From NCBI GenBank assembly GCA_043806135.1, contig JAZDHG010000016.1, positions 42,110-106,109 on the forward strand: 64,000 nucleotides of DNA, read 5' to 3'. The translations under genes and the position numbers were made by a program. Below the pieces are notes generated by a model. The model saw only the letters and a program-made list of their open reading frames with translations. It was not told where the DNA came from and did no database searches. Numbering within the stretch: position 1 is the stretch's first letter; each line of letters starts with the position of its first letter. This document shows, piece after piece, positions 11,352 to 21,039 of the stretch. The DNA is from Candidatus Omnitrophota bacterium (lineage in GTDB: Bacteria; Omnitrophota; Gorgyraeia; B26-G9).

Positions 11352-12349
11352 TAAGCAAAAGCATGATCTTTATATTCGGATCGCTCATAGGCAGTTTTCT
11401 CAACGTATGTATTTACCGCATGCCCAGATCCGGAAAAGTTGAAAAGGAGGATTTTTTAAAGGTCTCAGGCTCTGAGGAATATACGGATAAACTATGGCAC
11501 GATCTGATTGCGAGCGGTTACATTGATGAATACGGCTTTGTTGAGAGAAAATTCAAGAAACTCAAGAATAAAGAAAAAGAAACAGGATTTACGCTTGATG
11601 GCAAATACACAAATAGCAAAAAACAGATTTTTAACATACTTGATCACTCCTGTGCACTGTCTGTAGATGAGCCGAAACGTTCTTTTTGCCCGCATTGCCG
11701 CAAGCAGGTTCTTTGGTATGATAATATTCCGCTGGTAAGTTATCTGGCGCTTTCCGGTATTTGCCGTTTTTGCAAAAAGCCGATAGCTTTCCGGTATTTT
11801 TTTGTAGAGTTTCTTACTGCAGCTTTACTGGTTATTCTGCATGGAAAATTCGGATTATCCGCGCATTTTTTTATTTATGGAATTTTAAGCTGCGCTTTAG
11901 TTGCAGCAACTTTTATCGATTTTGACTTTCAAATTATCCCGGATGAAATTACTATCGGAGGATTGGGATTGGGAATTATTTTATCAATAATATTTCCCCA
12001 ATTACATCATACCTCACTGCGCATGCATGCGCTTATATACTCAATATTGGGTATGCTTGCCGGCGGCGGCAGTATATATTTGATCGGAAGGTTTGGAGAA
12101 ATAATATTCAAGAAAGAAAGTATGGGCGGAGGCGATGTTAAATTTCTGGCCATGATCGGGTCAGTTTTAGGATGGAAACTCACCTTGCTTATATTTTTTC
12201 TTGCGCCTTTTTTCGGCGCGGTAGTGGGCATTATCGCACGGCTTACCAGGGGAGCGGAAGTGATCCCTTATGGGCCTTATCTGTCTCTGGCAACTTTCCT
12301 GGTGATTTTATGGGGAAACAGGCTCCTGGCATATTTGTTTTATTTTTAA
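11339..12349 (+). CDS. pilD: Prepilin peptidase (A24) with a ~75-aa insertion
   Basis: GSFLNVCIYR, CPHC...CRFC, FID, MGGGDVK and IPYGPYL motifs. Confidence 0.9.
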   Translation: MPGIISKSMIFIFGSLIGSFLNVCIYRMPRSGKVEKEDFLKVSGSEEYTDKLWHDLIASGYIDEYGFVERKFKKLKNKEKETGFTLDGKYTNSKKQIFNILDHSCALSVDEPKRSFCPHCRKQVLWYDNIPLVSYLALSGICRFCKKPIAFRYFFVEFLTAALLVILHGKFGLSAHFFIYGILSCALVAATFIDFDFQIIPDEITIGGLGLGIILSIIFPQLHHTSLRMHALIYSILGMLAGGGSIYLIGRFGEIIFKKESMGGGDVKFLAMIGSVLGWKLTLLIFFLAPFFGAVVGIIARLTRGAEVIPYGPYLSLATFLVILWGNRLLAYLFYF

Positions 12350-12587
12350 AAACGTATTGAGTATCGAGTGCAAGACCGATGGACTTGGGTTTAAGTAAAA
12401 AGAGAATGTAATATTTAGTAAAATTTTTAAGCGATGCTAAAGACTACTTTTAAATAGCAGATAAAATGTTAATGTTAATTTTTGGAAGTAACCATGAAAA
12501 AGCGTCATCAATTGTAGGTCAAAAAAAGCATAGAAAATCTAAACGTTAATCGCTTGACGCTATACGCTAAAATCAAAGGAGTTAATC

Positions 12588-13613
12588 ATGTTGCGTTTTA
12601 TGAGTGCCGGTGAATCTCATGGGGAATGTATGATAGGTATTCTTGAGGGGCTGCCCGCGGGACTAGATATCGATATTGGATTTATTAATAAGGAACTCGC
12701 CAGACGCCAGTTTGGATACGGTCGAGGTGACAGAATGAAGATAGAAAAGGATACGATTAGAATTCTTTCTGGAGTAAAAGGCGAAAAAACTTTGGGTAGT
12801 CCGGTTGCGTTCTCAATAAAAAATAAGGATTTTAAGATTAATGTTCTGATGCCGGTAAGCGAGCCTAGGCCGGGTCATGCGGATTTGGCAGGAGCGATAA
12901 AATACGGGTTTTCTGATATACGCTGCGTTTTGGAACGGGCTTCTGCGCGGGAAACAGTTGTGCGGGTCGCTGCAGGTGCAATCTGTAAAACAATGCTGAA
13001 AGAATTCGGTGTTAGTATTACGAGTACACGGATAAGCGTCGGAGGGCAAACAAACGTAAAAGAAATAAAAGAAATAATAGATACGGCCAGGAAGCAAGGG
13101 GACAGTTTGGGAGGTGTTTTTGAAGTGCAGGCGGCAAATGTTCCTGTGGGCCTGGGCAGTTATGTGCATTATGACCGCAGGCTGGATGCGCGCTTGGGGG
13201 CAGCGCTTATGTCAATTCCGGCAATAAAAGCAGTTGAATTCGGGGCAGGATTCGCAGGCGCATCAAAACTTGGCTCTGAGGTGCATGATGCTATTTTTTA
13301 TTCAAAAGCTAAAGGCTTTTACAGAATATCGAATAATGCCGGAGGCCTTGAAGGCGGCATGAGCAACGGAGAAACCATAGTTGCCAGGTGTGCGATGAAA
13401 CCGATATCAACCTTGGGCAGCCCCCTGTCAAGCGTGCATATAAAAACAAAAAAGAAGGTTAAGGCTTCTGTTCAGCGTTCGGATATCAGTGCGGTTGAGG
13501 CTGCCGGCGTAATTGGCGAGAGCATGATGGCAATTGTTATTGCCGATGCATTTCTTGAGAGATTTGGTGCGGATGATCTGAAAATGATCAAAAAAGCTTA
13601 CAAAATGAAGTAA
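12588..13613 (+). CDS. aroC: Chorismate synthase
   Basis: AGESHG, RPGHAD, ERASARET, NNAGGLEGG and MKPIST motifs. Confidence 0.95.
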   Translation: MLRFMSAGESHGECMIGILEGLPAGLDIDIGFINKELARRQFGYGRGDRMKIEKDTIRILSGVKGEKTLGSPVAFSIKNKDFKINVLMPVSEPRPGHADLAGAIKYGFSDIRCVLERASARETVVRVAAGAICKTMLKEFGVSITSTRISVGGQTNVKEIKEIIDTARKQGDSLGGVFEVQAANVPVGLGSYVHYDRRLDARLGAALMSIPAIKAVEFGAGFAGASKLGSEVHDAIFYSKAKGFYRISNNAGGLEGGMSNGETIVARCAMKPISTLGSPLSSVHIKTKKKVKASVQRSDISAVEAAGVIGESMMAIVIADAFLERFGADDLKMIKKAYKMK

Positions 13614-13775
13614 CTTTTTTATAAAGAGCAAGGCGTTACAAAAACTGTTTTTGCTCAAACTCGTCCCGCTATCCTTGGCGGGCTCCGAGAAAATCAATTG
13701 ATTTTTAGCAGTCTGTAAAACCAATTGATTAAATCCACGAGCACAGTTGCTTATTCCGCCTAAATAAAATTTAAA

Positions 13776-14300
13776 ATGGGTACTCCTATAAAACATGAAA
13801 AAGTGAAGCTGATCACCGGGCTTATCGGAAAAGAAATTTTGTTTGATGAAGTAAAAACAAAGTTATCGCGTAAGTTCGGAGAGATCGATTTTGAAAGTAA
13901 GATCTTGGATTTTACTTACACCGATTACTATAACCAAGAAATGGGAGCGGATTTAAAACGTCAGTTTCTGTCTTTTAAACGGTTAATTTATCCAGAGCTG
14001 ATAATAGCTATAAAAAATTATACAAATACAATAGAGAGTAAATTTTTTTCTAGCAATAAAAAACGGTCGGTCAATATTGATCCTGGATATCTTAGTCTTT
14101 CGAAATTGGTACTTGCGACAACAAAAGACCATCAGCACCGGATATATTTAGGTAAAGGTATATATGCAGAGGTGACGCTGCGCTACACGAACAAAACCTT
14201 TTCCTCCTGGGAATGGACATATCCTGATTATTGCTCGAAAGAATATATTTCCATATTTAATCATCTACGTAAGGAATTATATATGGCAAAGGACAGTTAA
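13776..14300 (+). CDS. DUF4416 family protein
   Basis: TDYYNQEMG, RSVNIDPGY, LATTKD...HRIYL and WTYPDY motifs. Confidence 0.8.
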   Translation: MGTPIKHEKVKLITGLIGKEILFDEVKTKLSRKFGEIDFESKILDFTYTDYYNQEMGADLKRQFLSFKRLIYPELIIAIKNYTNTIESKFFSSNKKRSVNIDPGYLSLSKLVLATTKDHQHRIYLGKGIYAEVTLRYTNKTFSSWEWTYPDYCSKEYISIFNHLRKELYMAKDS

Positions 14301-15412
14301 TGATGAATGAAGTGTCCAGTTTTTATTCCAAGACAAAAAATTTACTTTTTATTTTTAATATAGCCTTCACGCTGATTTTTCTTTTTATTATGTCTTACAG
14401 TTTTTCTCGTCTGTTGCGCAATGCTGTAACGTATCTTACCGGCAATACTGTTATTGTAATAACGATTTACTTTACGCTGTTTTACTTTCTCTATTTTTTA
14501 TTTGTTTTTATCCTGAGATATCTTGAAGGGTTTGTTCTTGAAAATCACATAAATAAAAGAAAACAGAAATTCCGGAGCTGGTTTAGAGTACTTATTAATA
14601 AGGAAATAATAACTTTTTCTCTTTTGCTTGTCAGCGTGCAAGTGATCTACTTTTTTTTGGAAACGAATGTAAATGCCTGGTGGGTACCGATGGCGGTTTT
14701 AGCTATTCTTACCCGTAATGCATGGGAACTTTTGCCTGACTGGGTGGTTCCCTATTATTCGCGGCATAAGGATCTTGAGGATAAACATCTACAGGACCGT
14801 CTTCTGAAACTTGCCAAAAAAGGGGGGGTATGGTTTTCGCGAATTTTAATCTATAAAGACAGCAGGGCAAAGGCGGTTATTTTGGGACTAAAGAAATCAA
14901 GGCGGCTTATTTTGAGCGATATGGCGCTTGATTATGCCCTTGAGGAAATAGAAGTTCTGGTGGCCATGGAAATAGCCAAGCTGCACAAAGGTTATAACTG
15001 GAAAAAAGCACTTATTGAGGCATTAGGTATGTTTATCACGTTTTTTATTGTAAGTTTCGTCTTTGTACCTGGTTGCGAAAAATTTGGTTTTGAATTTGTT
15101 TTTGATGTGCAAACATTGCCGCTATTACTAGGGTTATTTTTTGTTATTTTTATAGTTGTCTGGTTTATCTTGAATTATTTTATGCGGGACATGGCCAAAG
15201 AAAATGATGCCTATACCTTGCGCCTTTCAAAAGCACCCGAGGCATTTGTTTCTTTAATTATCCGTGATTCACAACAGAATATCCAAGGGGATAGGGCTAT
15301 TTACTTTTTTGAAAGAATGCTTTGTGCTAAAAGTCCGATTTCTCAGCGGCTGATGCTTGCTCAGGACTATGCCCAGGATATGCTTTTTGAAGACATACAT
15401 CGAAAAAATTAA
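14300..15412 (+). CDS. M48/Ste24-like membrane protein lacking the HExxH motif
   Basis: Ste24-like TM layout, but EVLVAMEIAK occupies the position of AVLAHELGH. Confidence 0.65.
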   Translation: MMNEVSSFYSKTKNLLFIFNIAFTLIFLFIMSYSFSRLLRNAVTYLTGNTVIVITIYFTLFYFLYFLFVFILRYLEGFVLENHINKRKQKFRSWFRVLINKEIITFSLLLVSVQVIYFFLETNVNAWWVPMAVLAILTRNAWELLPDWVVPYYSRHKDLEDKHLQDRLLKLAKKGGVWFSRILIYKDSRAKAVILGLKKSRRLILSDMALDYALEEIEVLVAMEIAKLHKGYNWKKALIEALGMFITFFIVSFVFVPGCEKFGFEFVFDVQTLPLLLGLFFVIFIVVWFILNYFMRDMAKENDAYTLRLSKAPEAFVSLIIRDSQQNIQGDRAIYFFERMLCAKSPISQRLMLAQDYAQDMLFEDIHRKN

Positions 15413-15495
15413 GGGTCATTCTTAATTAAGTTGAATAGATTTTTATAAATTAATGATTTGCAGGTTCTTTGATCCAACTTAAACAAGAAAGAACC
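15413..15495. mobile_element. MITE family A, internally deleted copy
   Basis: GGGTCATTCT...AGAAAGAACC; reverse complement of both ends of 34507-34703; flanked by AAAATTAA and AAAATTGA. Confidence 0.65.
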
Positions 15496-15523
15496 AAAAT
15501 TGATTTAAAGACAAGGAAAGAAG

Positions 15524-15982
15524 ATGATTTTAGCCAGCGCCTGTTTGACAGGAGAAAAATGCCGTTATAACGGCGAACACTGTCTGCATCCGGTGATTGC
15601 CGAGCTTGGTAAAAAAGGAAAGATTGCGGCAGTGTGTCCGGAAGTAATGGGCGGACTTACCGTTCCCAGGCTTGCCTGCGAAATAACAGGCGCAGACGCA
15701 CAGGCAGTACTTGATTCACAGGCCAGGGTGCTCAACCTGGCCGGAGATGATATTACAGAAGCAGTACTCAGCGGCTGCCGCAAAGCACTGGATTTGGCGA
15801 AAAAAAACAATATTAAACTGGCTGTTTTAAAGGATAAAAGCGTTTGCTGCGGCGTGGATACGATATATGATGGGAGTTTTCAATCCCGGCTGGTAAAAGG
15901 CAAGGGCATCCTTGCCTTACTGCTTGAGCGCGAAGGGGTCAGAGTTGTAAACAGCGAGGAACTTATCGCTTTGCCGATTTAA
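15524..15982 (+). CDS. DUF523 / 2-thiouracil desulfurase family protein
   Basis: SACLTGEKCRYNG, CPEVMGGL.VPR and LKDKSVCCG motifs. Confidence 0.85.
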   Translation: MILASACLTGEKCRYNGEHCLHPVIAELGKKGKIAAVCPEVMGGLTVPRLACEITGADAQAVLDSQARVLNLAGDDITEAVLSGCRKALDLAKKNNIKLAVLKDKSVCCGVDTIYDGSFQSRLVKGKGILALLLEREGVRVVNSEELIALPI

Positions 15983-16186
15983 CGGAAAATAGCGCAAAGC
16001 ATAAATAGTCGATAGTTAATAGGAAAAACTAAAAAGCCGAATATAAGCGGATATAGAGAAATGATAGCGAAAGAAAAACTAAGAAAACGTTGACATTAAT
16101 TTCTTGAAGTAACTATTAGTAACCAATATTAACTGTTTGTAACTGCTAGTAACCGAAAAAATGTGAGTTATAACAGGACAAGATAC

Positions 16187-17401
16187 ATGAGACTTGATCT
16201 GGAAAAATTCTTAATAAAAAAAGCAAATCTTGCAAATGCCGATTTAAACGATACTGAGGTACGTACCCGCTACGGTTACCTGGAAGGCTGGGTCAGCGTT
16301 ATCCTGAATTTATTGATTTTTATCGCCAAAATGATAATGGGGATTATGACCGCAAGTATAAGCATTGTTGCTGATGCTGTGCATACTGTTTCTGATGTGG
16401 CAACTTCCGCAGTAGTGATCTGGGGATTTAATGTAGCGAAGAAACCTGCTGATGAGGAACATCCTTTCGGCCATGGACGCATGGAAAACATCGCGACATT
16501 AATAATTGCCGTTCTTTTATGCTCAATCGGAGCAGAACTTTTGCACGCGGCATTTACGCGCATATCAGAACCAAGGGAAGTTAAGGGGAATATTTTCGTT
16601 ATAATTGCGCTGATTGTAACTATAATTATCAAAGAGTGGATGGCGCGTTTTTCTTTTTCTCTAGCGAAAAAAATAAACTCTTCTACTCTTTTTGCTGATG
16701 CCTGGCATCATCGCAGTGATGCTATATCAACGCTTTTGGTGATTGCGGCGATTCTCGGATCCATGTACAAGATCTTTAACCTGGATGCTCTTTTTGGCGC
16801 TGTTGTTGCTTTGTATATTATTTATACCGGGGGGAACTTGATAAAAGAGGCAACGGTTTATCTGCTCGGGAAAGCGGCAGACAAAAAAATACAGGATGAA
16901 ATCAAGGATATCGCCCGGTCGGTTGAAGGCGTTGAAGGCGTGCATGATGTTATTGTGCATGACTATGGTGATTTTAAGGCGATATCTCTTCATGTAGAGG
17001 TCGAACCATCACTTGATTCGGTAAGCGCGCACAGAATAGCAACATCGGTTGAGGCGCATATCGCAAAACAGATCAAGTCCAGCCCGATCGTGCATATTGA
17101 CTTGAAAAAAGGGAAAAGAGAAAAATCTTCGAAAAATTTTAAACATCTTGAGAAGATCATGAAATCCTTTGAGCGGATTATAAATTTTCACGGAGTGGAG
17201 ATCCTCAGCAATGAAAGCGGAGATTTTCTGACTTTGCATATCGTGCTTTCAAAAATCATGACCATCGAAGATTCTCATGCAATCGTGCATAGTGCGCAGG
17301 GATCATTAAGCGAGCATTTCAGGAACTATAAAATCAATATGCATATTGAACCTTGCGATTCGCGCTGTGCAGCATGTTCACAGCCGTGCAAACAGCATTA
17401 A
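16187..17401 (+). CDS. Cation diffusion facilitator transporter with two C-terminal domains
   Basis: ADAVHTVSD, HPFGHGRME and HHRSD motifs; Cys-rich tail HIEPCDSRCAACSQPC. Confidence 0.9.
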   Translation: MRLDLEKFLIKKANLANADLNDTEVRTRYGYLEGWVSVILNLLIFIAKMIMGIMTASISIVADAVHTVSDVATSAVVIWGFNVAKKPADEEHPFGHGRMENIATLIIAVLLCSIGAELLHAAFTRISEPREVKGNIFVIIALIVTIIIKEWMARFSFSLAKKINSSTLFADAWHHRSDAISTLLVIAAILGSMYKIFNLDALFGAVVALYIIYTGGNLIKEATVYLLGKAADKKIQDEIKDIARSVEGVEGVHDVIVHDYGDFKAISLHVEVEPSLDSVSAHRIATSVEAHIAKQIKSSPIVHIDLKKGKREKSSKNFKHLEKIMKSFERIINFHGVEILSNESGDFLTLHIVLSKIMTIEDSHAIVHSAQGSLSEHFRNYKINMHIEPCDSRCAACSQPCKQH

Positions 17402-17434
17402 TCGAGTAAGCTTTGGAGAGGTTGAGTTTTATAA

Positions 17435-18355
17435 ATGAAGGAAAATACAAAGTTCAAGTCAGGTTACGTGGCACTGTTAGGAAAACCGAATGTAGGCAAA
17501 TCAACGCTGCTGAATTATTTTCTGAAAGAAAAACTGTCTATAGTATCCGAGAAGCCGCAGACAACCCGCGATGCTATACTCGGTATCTTTACCCAAAGCG
17601 ATTATCAGATAATTTTTGTGGATACGCCCGGGATGCATAAGCCGAGAACGCAGCTGGGGCAGCATATGATGCATTGCGCGATCAGCGCCGGAGTTGATGC
17701 TGATATTGTTATTTTTATTATTGATGCCCTAAGCGGTATAACTGCAGCGGACAGGCATATATTCGAAATGATCAAAAGTAAAAAGGTTTTAAAAGGCTGC
17801 TGCTGGTCTGCTGTTTTAATAAACAAAATAGATACGATAAAAAAGGAAGATATCCTGCCGATCATGAAATGCTGCACTGGTTTTCCCGGATTTGACGAAT
17901 ATATTCCTGTGTCAGCACAGACAGGTGCCAACTGCGAGCAGGTTTTGGATAAAATAATAAAGACGCTGCCTTATGGGCCGGCGTATTACCCTAAGGAACA
18001 GCTTACCGATAAAAATGAGCGTTTTGTCGTCGGCGAACTTATGCGTGAGGCGGTTTTAAAATTATGCCGTGAAGAGGTTCCGCATTCAGTAGCCGTTGAA
18101 GTGGAAAACTTTACAGATAACCCAGGCAGGAAAACATTAATTCAGGCGACGGTTTTTTTAGAAAGGCAGTCACAGAAAAAAATTGTCATCGGCAAAAACG
18201 GAATAATGCTCAAAACTATCGGCACTGCCGCACGCCGGGAGATAGAAGAGTTTTTAGGCAGGCCGGTATATCTGGAATTAAGGGTTAAGATACATGACAA
18301 CTGGCGTAAGGATGCGGTTTTTTTGCGCCGGTTGGGTTATGATAAAAGTCTTTGA
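17435..18355 (+). CDS. era: GTPase Era
   Basis: GKPNVGKSTL, QTTR, DTPG, NKID motifs and a KH domain. Confidence 0.96.
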   Translation: MKENTKFKSGYVALLGKPNVGKSTLLNYFLKEKLSIVSEKPQTTRDAILGIFTQSDYQIIFVDTPGMHKPRTQLGQHMMHCAISAGVDADIVIFIIDALSGITAADRHIFEMIKSKKVLKGCCWSAVLINKIDTIKKEDILPIMKCCTGFPGFDEYIPVSAQTGANCEQVLDKIIKTLPYGPAYYPKEQLTDKNERFVVGELMREAVLKLCREEVPHSVAVEVENFTDNPGRKTLIQATVFLERQSQKKIVIGKNGIMLKTIGTAARREIEEFLGRPVYLELRVKIHDNWRKDAVFLRRLGYDKSL

Positions 18356-18382
18356 GCAATATTTTCCTTGATAGTAATATTG

Positions 18383-18460
18383 GGGTCATTCTTATTTAGG
18401 GTGGAAGAATTTTGGTAAGACAATAAGAGTGAAGGGGTTAGATAGAAACCAGAATGGCCC
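18383..18460. mobile_element. 78-bp MITE (family A) with 8-bp target-site duplication
   Basis: TIRs GGGTCATTCT and AGAATGGCCC; TAATATTG at 18375-18382 and at 18461-18468. Confidence 0.8.
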
Positions 18461-18520
18461 TAATATTGTAGACGGTAAAATATTTTTGTAAATATAAGTA
18501 CTCTTTAAGGGGGAGATGAG

Positions 18521-19450
18521 TTGAAGCTTACCCGCAGGCAATTTATTAAAATATTCGGCTCCACTGCCGTTGGAGCAGGTATAACCGGTTTTTATAATCA
18601 GACCATAATCGACGCTTTGGCCGTTGATGACGGTAAGCCTCCTGTGCTTTGGCTGCAGGGAGCAAGCTGTAACGGATGCTCTGTATCGCTTTTAAATACA
18701 GTCCATCCCAAAATTGCCGAAGTATTGCTGCATGTTGTAAGCATGCGCTATCATCAGACGTTAATGGCTGCAACCGGTAAAACAGCATTTGATGTAATTT
18801 ATGATGTGGCGGAAGAATTCAAGGGTAAATATATTTTAGTTCTTGAAGGAGGGATCCCGACCGCAGAAAACGGGGCTTACTGCACGATAGGGGAGAATTA
18901 CGGTCACCAGGTCAATCTTACGCAGGCAATAGATAAGCTGGCTCCGGATGCAGCCGGCCTTATTGCTGTGGGAACCTGTGCTGCTTTTGGAGGTATCCCC
19001 TCAGGCAAACCCAACCCGGCAAACGTCAAGGGACTCTCAGGTTATACAGGCAAGAGCATTGTTAATGTTTCCGGATGTCCTGCCCATCCTGATTGGGTAG
19101 TCGGAACATTGATACATTTGCTTCATTTCGGCGTTCCGGAGCTTGATGAACACGGCCGTCCGCTTTTGTTTTACGGAAAAAATCTTCATGAAAATTGTCC
19201 AAACTATTCTTTTTTTGCAAACGGCAAATATGCTGAAAAATTAGGCGAAGAAGGCTGTCTGGCCGCAGTGGGATGCAAAGGCCCTATGGCGTTTGCGGAT
19301 TGTCCCTTGCGTCATTGGAACAGCGGTGTTAACTGGTGCATCGGCTCAGGAACAGGATGTATTGCCTGCTGCGAACCCGGTTTTCCAGATAGCTCATCGG
19401 GTATGTATGAAAAATTACCCGATGATTTAATCCCCCGTGGAATAGTTTAA
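18521..19450 (+). CDS. Periplasmic [NiFe] hydrogenase small subunit (Tat substrate)
   Basis: LTRRQFIK Tat signal; CNGC, GTCAAFGG, GCPAHP, HENC, GCKGP and CIACCEP FeS motifs. Confidence 0.95.
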   Translation: MKLTRRQFIKIFGSTAVGAGITGFYNQTIIDALAVDDGKPPVLWLQGASCNGCSVSLLNTVHPKIAEVLLHVVSMRYHQTLMAATGKTAFDVIYDVAEEFKGKYILVLEGGIPTAENGAYCTIGENYGHQVNLTQAIDKLAPDAAGLIAVGTCAAFGGIPSGKPNPANVKGLSGYTGKSIVNVSGCPAHPDWVVGTLIHLLHFGVPELDEHGRPLLFYGKNLHENCPNYSFFANGKYAEKLGEEGCLAAVGCKGPMAFADCPLRHWNSGVNWCIGSGTGCIACCEPGFPDSSSGMYEKLPDDLIPRGIV

Positions 19451-19476
19451 TTTTTGTTAAACAGGAGCAAAATAAA

Positions 19477-20886
19477 TTGGCTAAACAGACGATAAGCATT
19501 GATCCGATCACACGTATTGAAGGGCATCTTAAGATAGAGGTTGACGTAGAAGATAAAAAGGTGGTTGATGCGCGTTCAATCGGAACACTCTGGCGGGGTT
19601 TTGAGGTTATTTTAAAAGGCAGAGATCCGCGTGATGCTCAGATGATCACACAGCGTATATGCGGTGTTTGCTCTATAAGCCATGCGATAGCTGCTGCGCT
19701 TACTCTTGAGGCGGCCTTTAATGTTATGCCTCCTTCCAACGGGCGCATTGTGAGGAATTTGATCTTAGGAGGCAATTATATCCAATCACATATTCTGCAT
19801 TTCTATCATTTGGCGGCATTAGATTATGTTATCGGTCCTGATTTGGCCCCGTTTATCCCCCGCTACGCAGGAGATTACCGTGTGAGCAAACAATTGAATG
19901 ACTCTGTCGTAGAGCACTATGTCCAGGCGCTGGATATGCGTTTAAAAGCGCAGGAGCTTACTGCTTTATGGTCAGGGAAAGTGCCTATGGCGCAATCTAT
20001 CACTCCGGGCGGAGTTTCTCAAAAAGTCAGCGTTGACAGGATTGCTTCCACTTTATGGAGGATACGGCAGCTTAAGGAGTTTATCAATAATGTATATATT
20101 CCTGACGTGCTGGCAGTAGCGGATGCCTATAAGGATTATGCCGGCTTAGGCGTCGGATATAAAAATTTTTTATCTTACGGAGTTTTCGCTCAAGACGATA
20201 AGCGCAGCGGATTCCTTTTTAAGCCGGGACGTTATACAAGTGAAATTGATCTGGATATCAACGCAGAAAAAATCACGGAAGATGTTAGTCATGCCTGGTA
20301 CAAAGAAGAAACTCCACGGCATCCTTCTCGCGGAAAAACTGACCCGGAGATGGGAAAAGCCGGTGCATATTCATGGGTAAAGGCACCGCGCTACGATAAT
20401 ATCCCCCATGAAGTAGGTCCTCTGGCAAGGATGTGGATCAGCGGAGATTACCGCAAAGGCGCTTCTTTTCTGGACAGACACGTATCCCGCGCTCTTGAGA
20501 CAAAAAAAATTGCTGAGGCTATGGAGAAATGGGTTTTACAGCTTAAGCCCCAAGAGCCTGTGTTTGAGCCTTTTGAATTGCCTGTATCTTCTGAAGGAGC
20601 GGGCATGACCGAGGCTCCGCGCGGTGCTCTGGGGCATTGGATAAGGATTGAAAATAAAAAAATTGCCAATTATCAGGCAGTTGTGCCGACCACGTGGAAT
20701 TGTTCACCGCGTGATGCGGATTTGCAGCGCGGACCTTTAGAGCAGGCCTTGATCGGCTGTCCGGTGCCTGATGTGGATAATCCTCTGAATATTGTGCGTA
20801 TCGTGCGTTCATTTGATCCCTGTCTTGCTTGTGCTGTGCATCTGACCAAGCCGAACGGGCAGATGAAAAAATTTAGAGTTTGCTAA
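19477..20886 (+). CDS. [NiFe] hydrogenase large subunit (group 1)
   Basis: RIEGH, RICGVC and DPCLACAVH (Cys codon TGT) followed by a cleavable tail. Confidence 0.96.
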   Translation: MAKQTISIDPITRIEGHLKIEVDVEDKKVVDARSIGTLWRGFEVILKGRDPRDAQMITQRICGVCSISHAIAAALTLEAAFNVMPPSNGRIVRNLILGGNYIQSHILHFYHLAALDYVIGPDLAPFIPRYAGDYRVSKQLNDSVVEHYVQALDMRLKAQELTALWSGKVPMAQSITPGGVSQKVSVDRIASTLWRIRQLKEFINNVYIPDVLAVADAYKDYAGLGVGYKNFLSYGVFAQDDKRSGFLFKPGRYTSEIDLDINAEKITEDVSHAWYKEETPRHPSRGKTDPEMGKAGAYSWVKAPRYDNIPHEVGPLARMWISGDYRKGASFLDRHVSRALETKKIAEAMEKWVLQLKPQEPVFEPFELPVSSEGAGMTEAPRGALGHWIRIENKKIANYQAVVPTTWNCSPRDADLQRGPLEQALIGCPVPDVDNPLNIVRIVRSFDPCLACAVHLTKPNGQMKKFRVC

Positions 20887-21039
20887 CAAAACAGCGATTA
20901 GCGTATAGCGGTTATGGATTAGGGGAAAAACAAAGCAGAAGATAAAAAATACAATTAATTGTTTTAGTTTATGATTTTTGATTTATTTAGTGTTTAGAGT
21001 TTTAGTTAATAGGGTTGACTGTTACAGGGCAAGAGAGAA

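Noticed and set aside
20815-20845. Selenocysteine in the hydrogenase large subunit
   Set aside because: The codon is TGT (Cys) and the ORF reads through without TGA.
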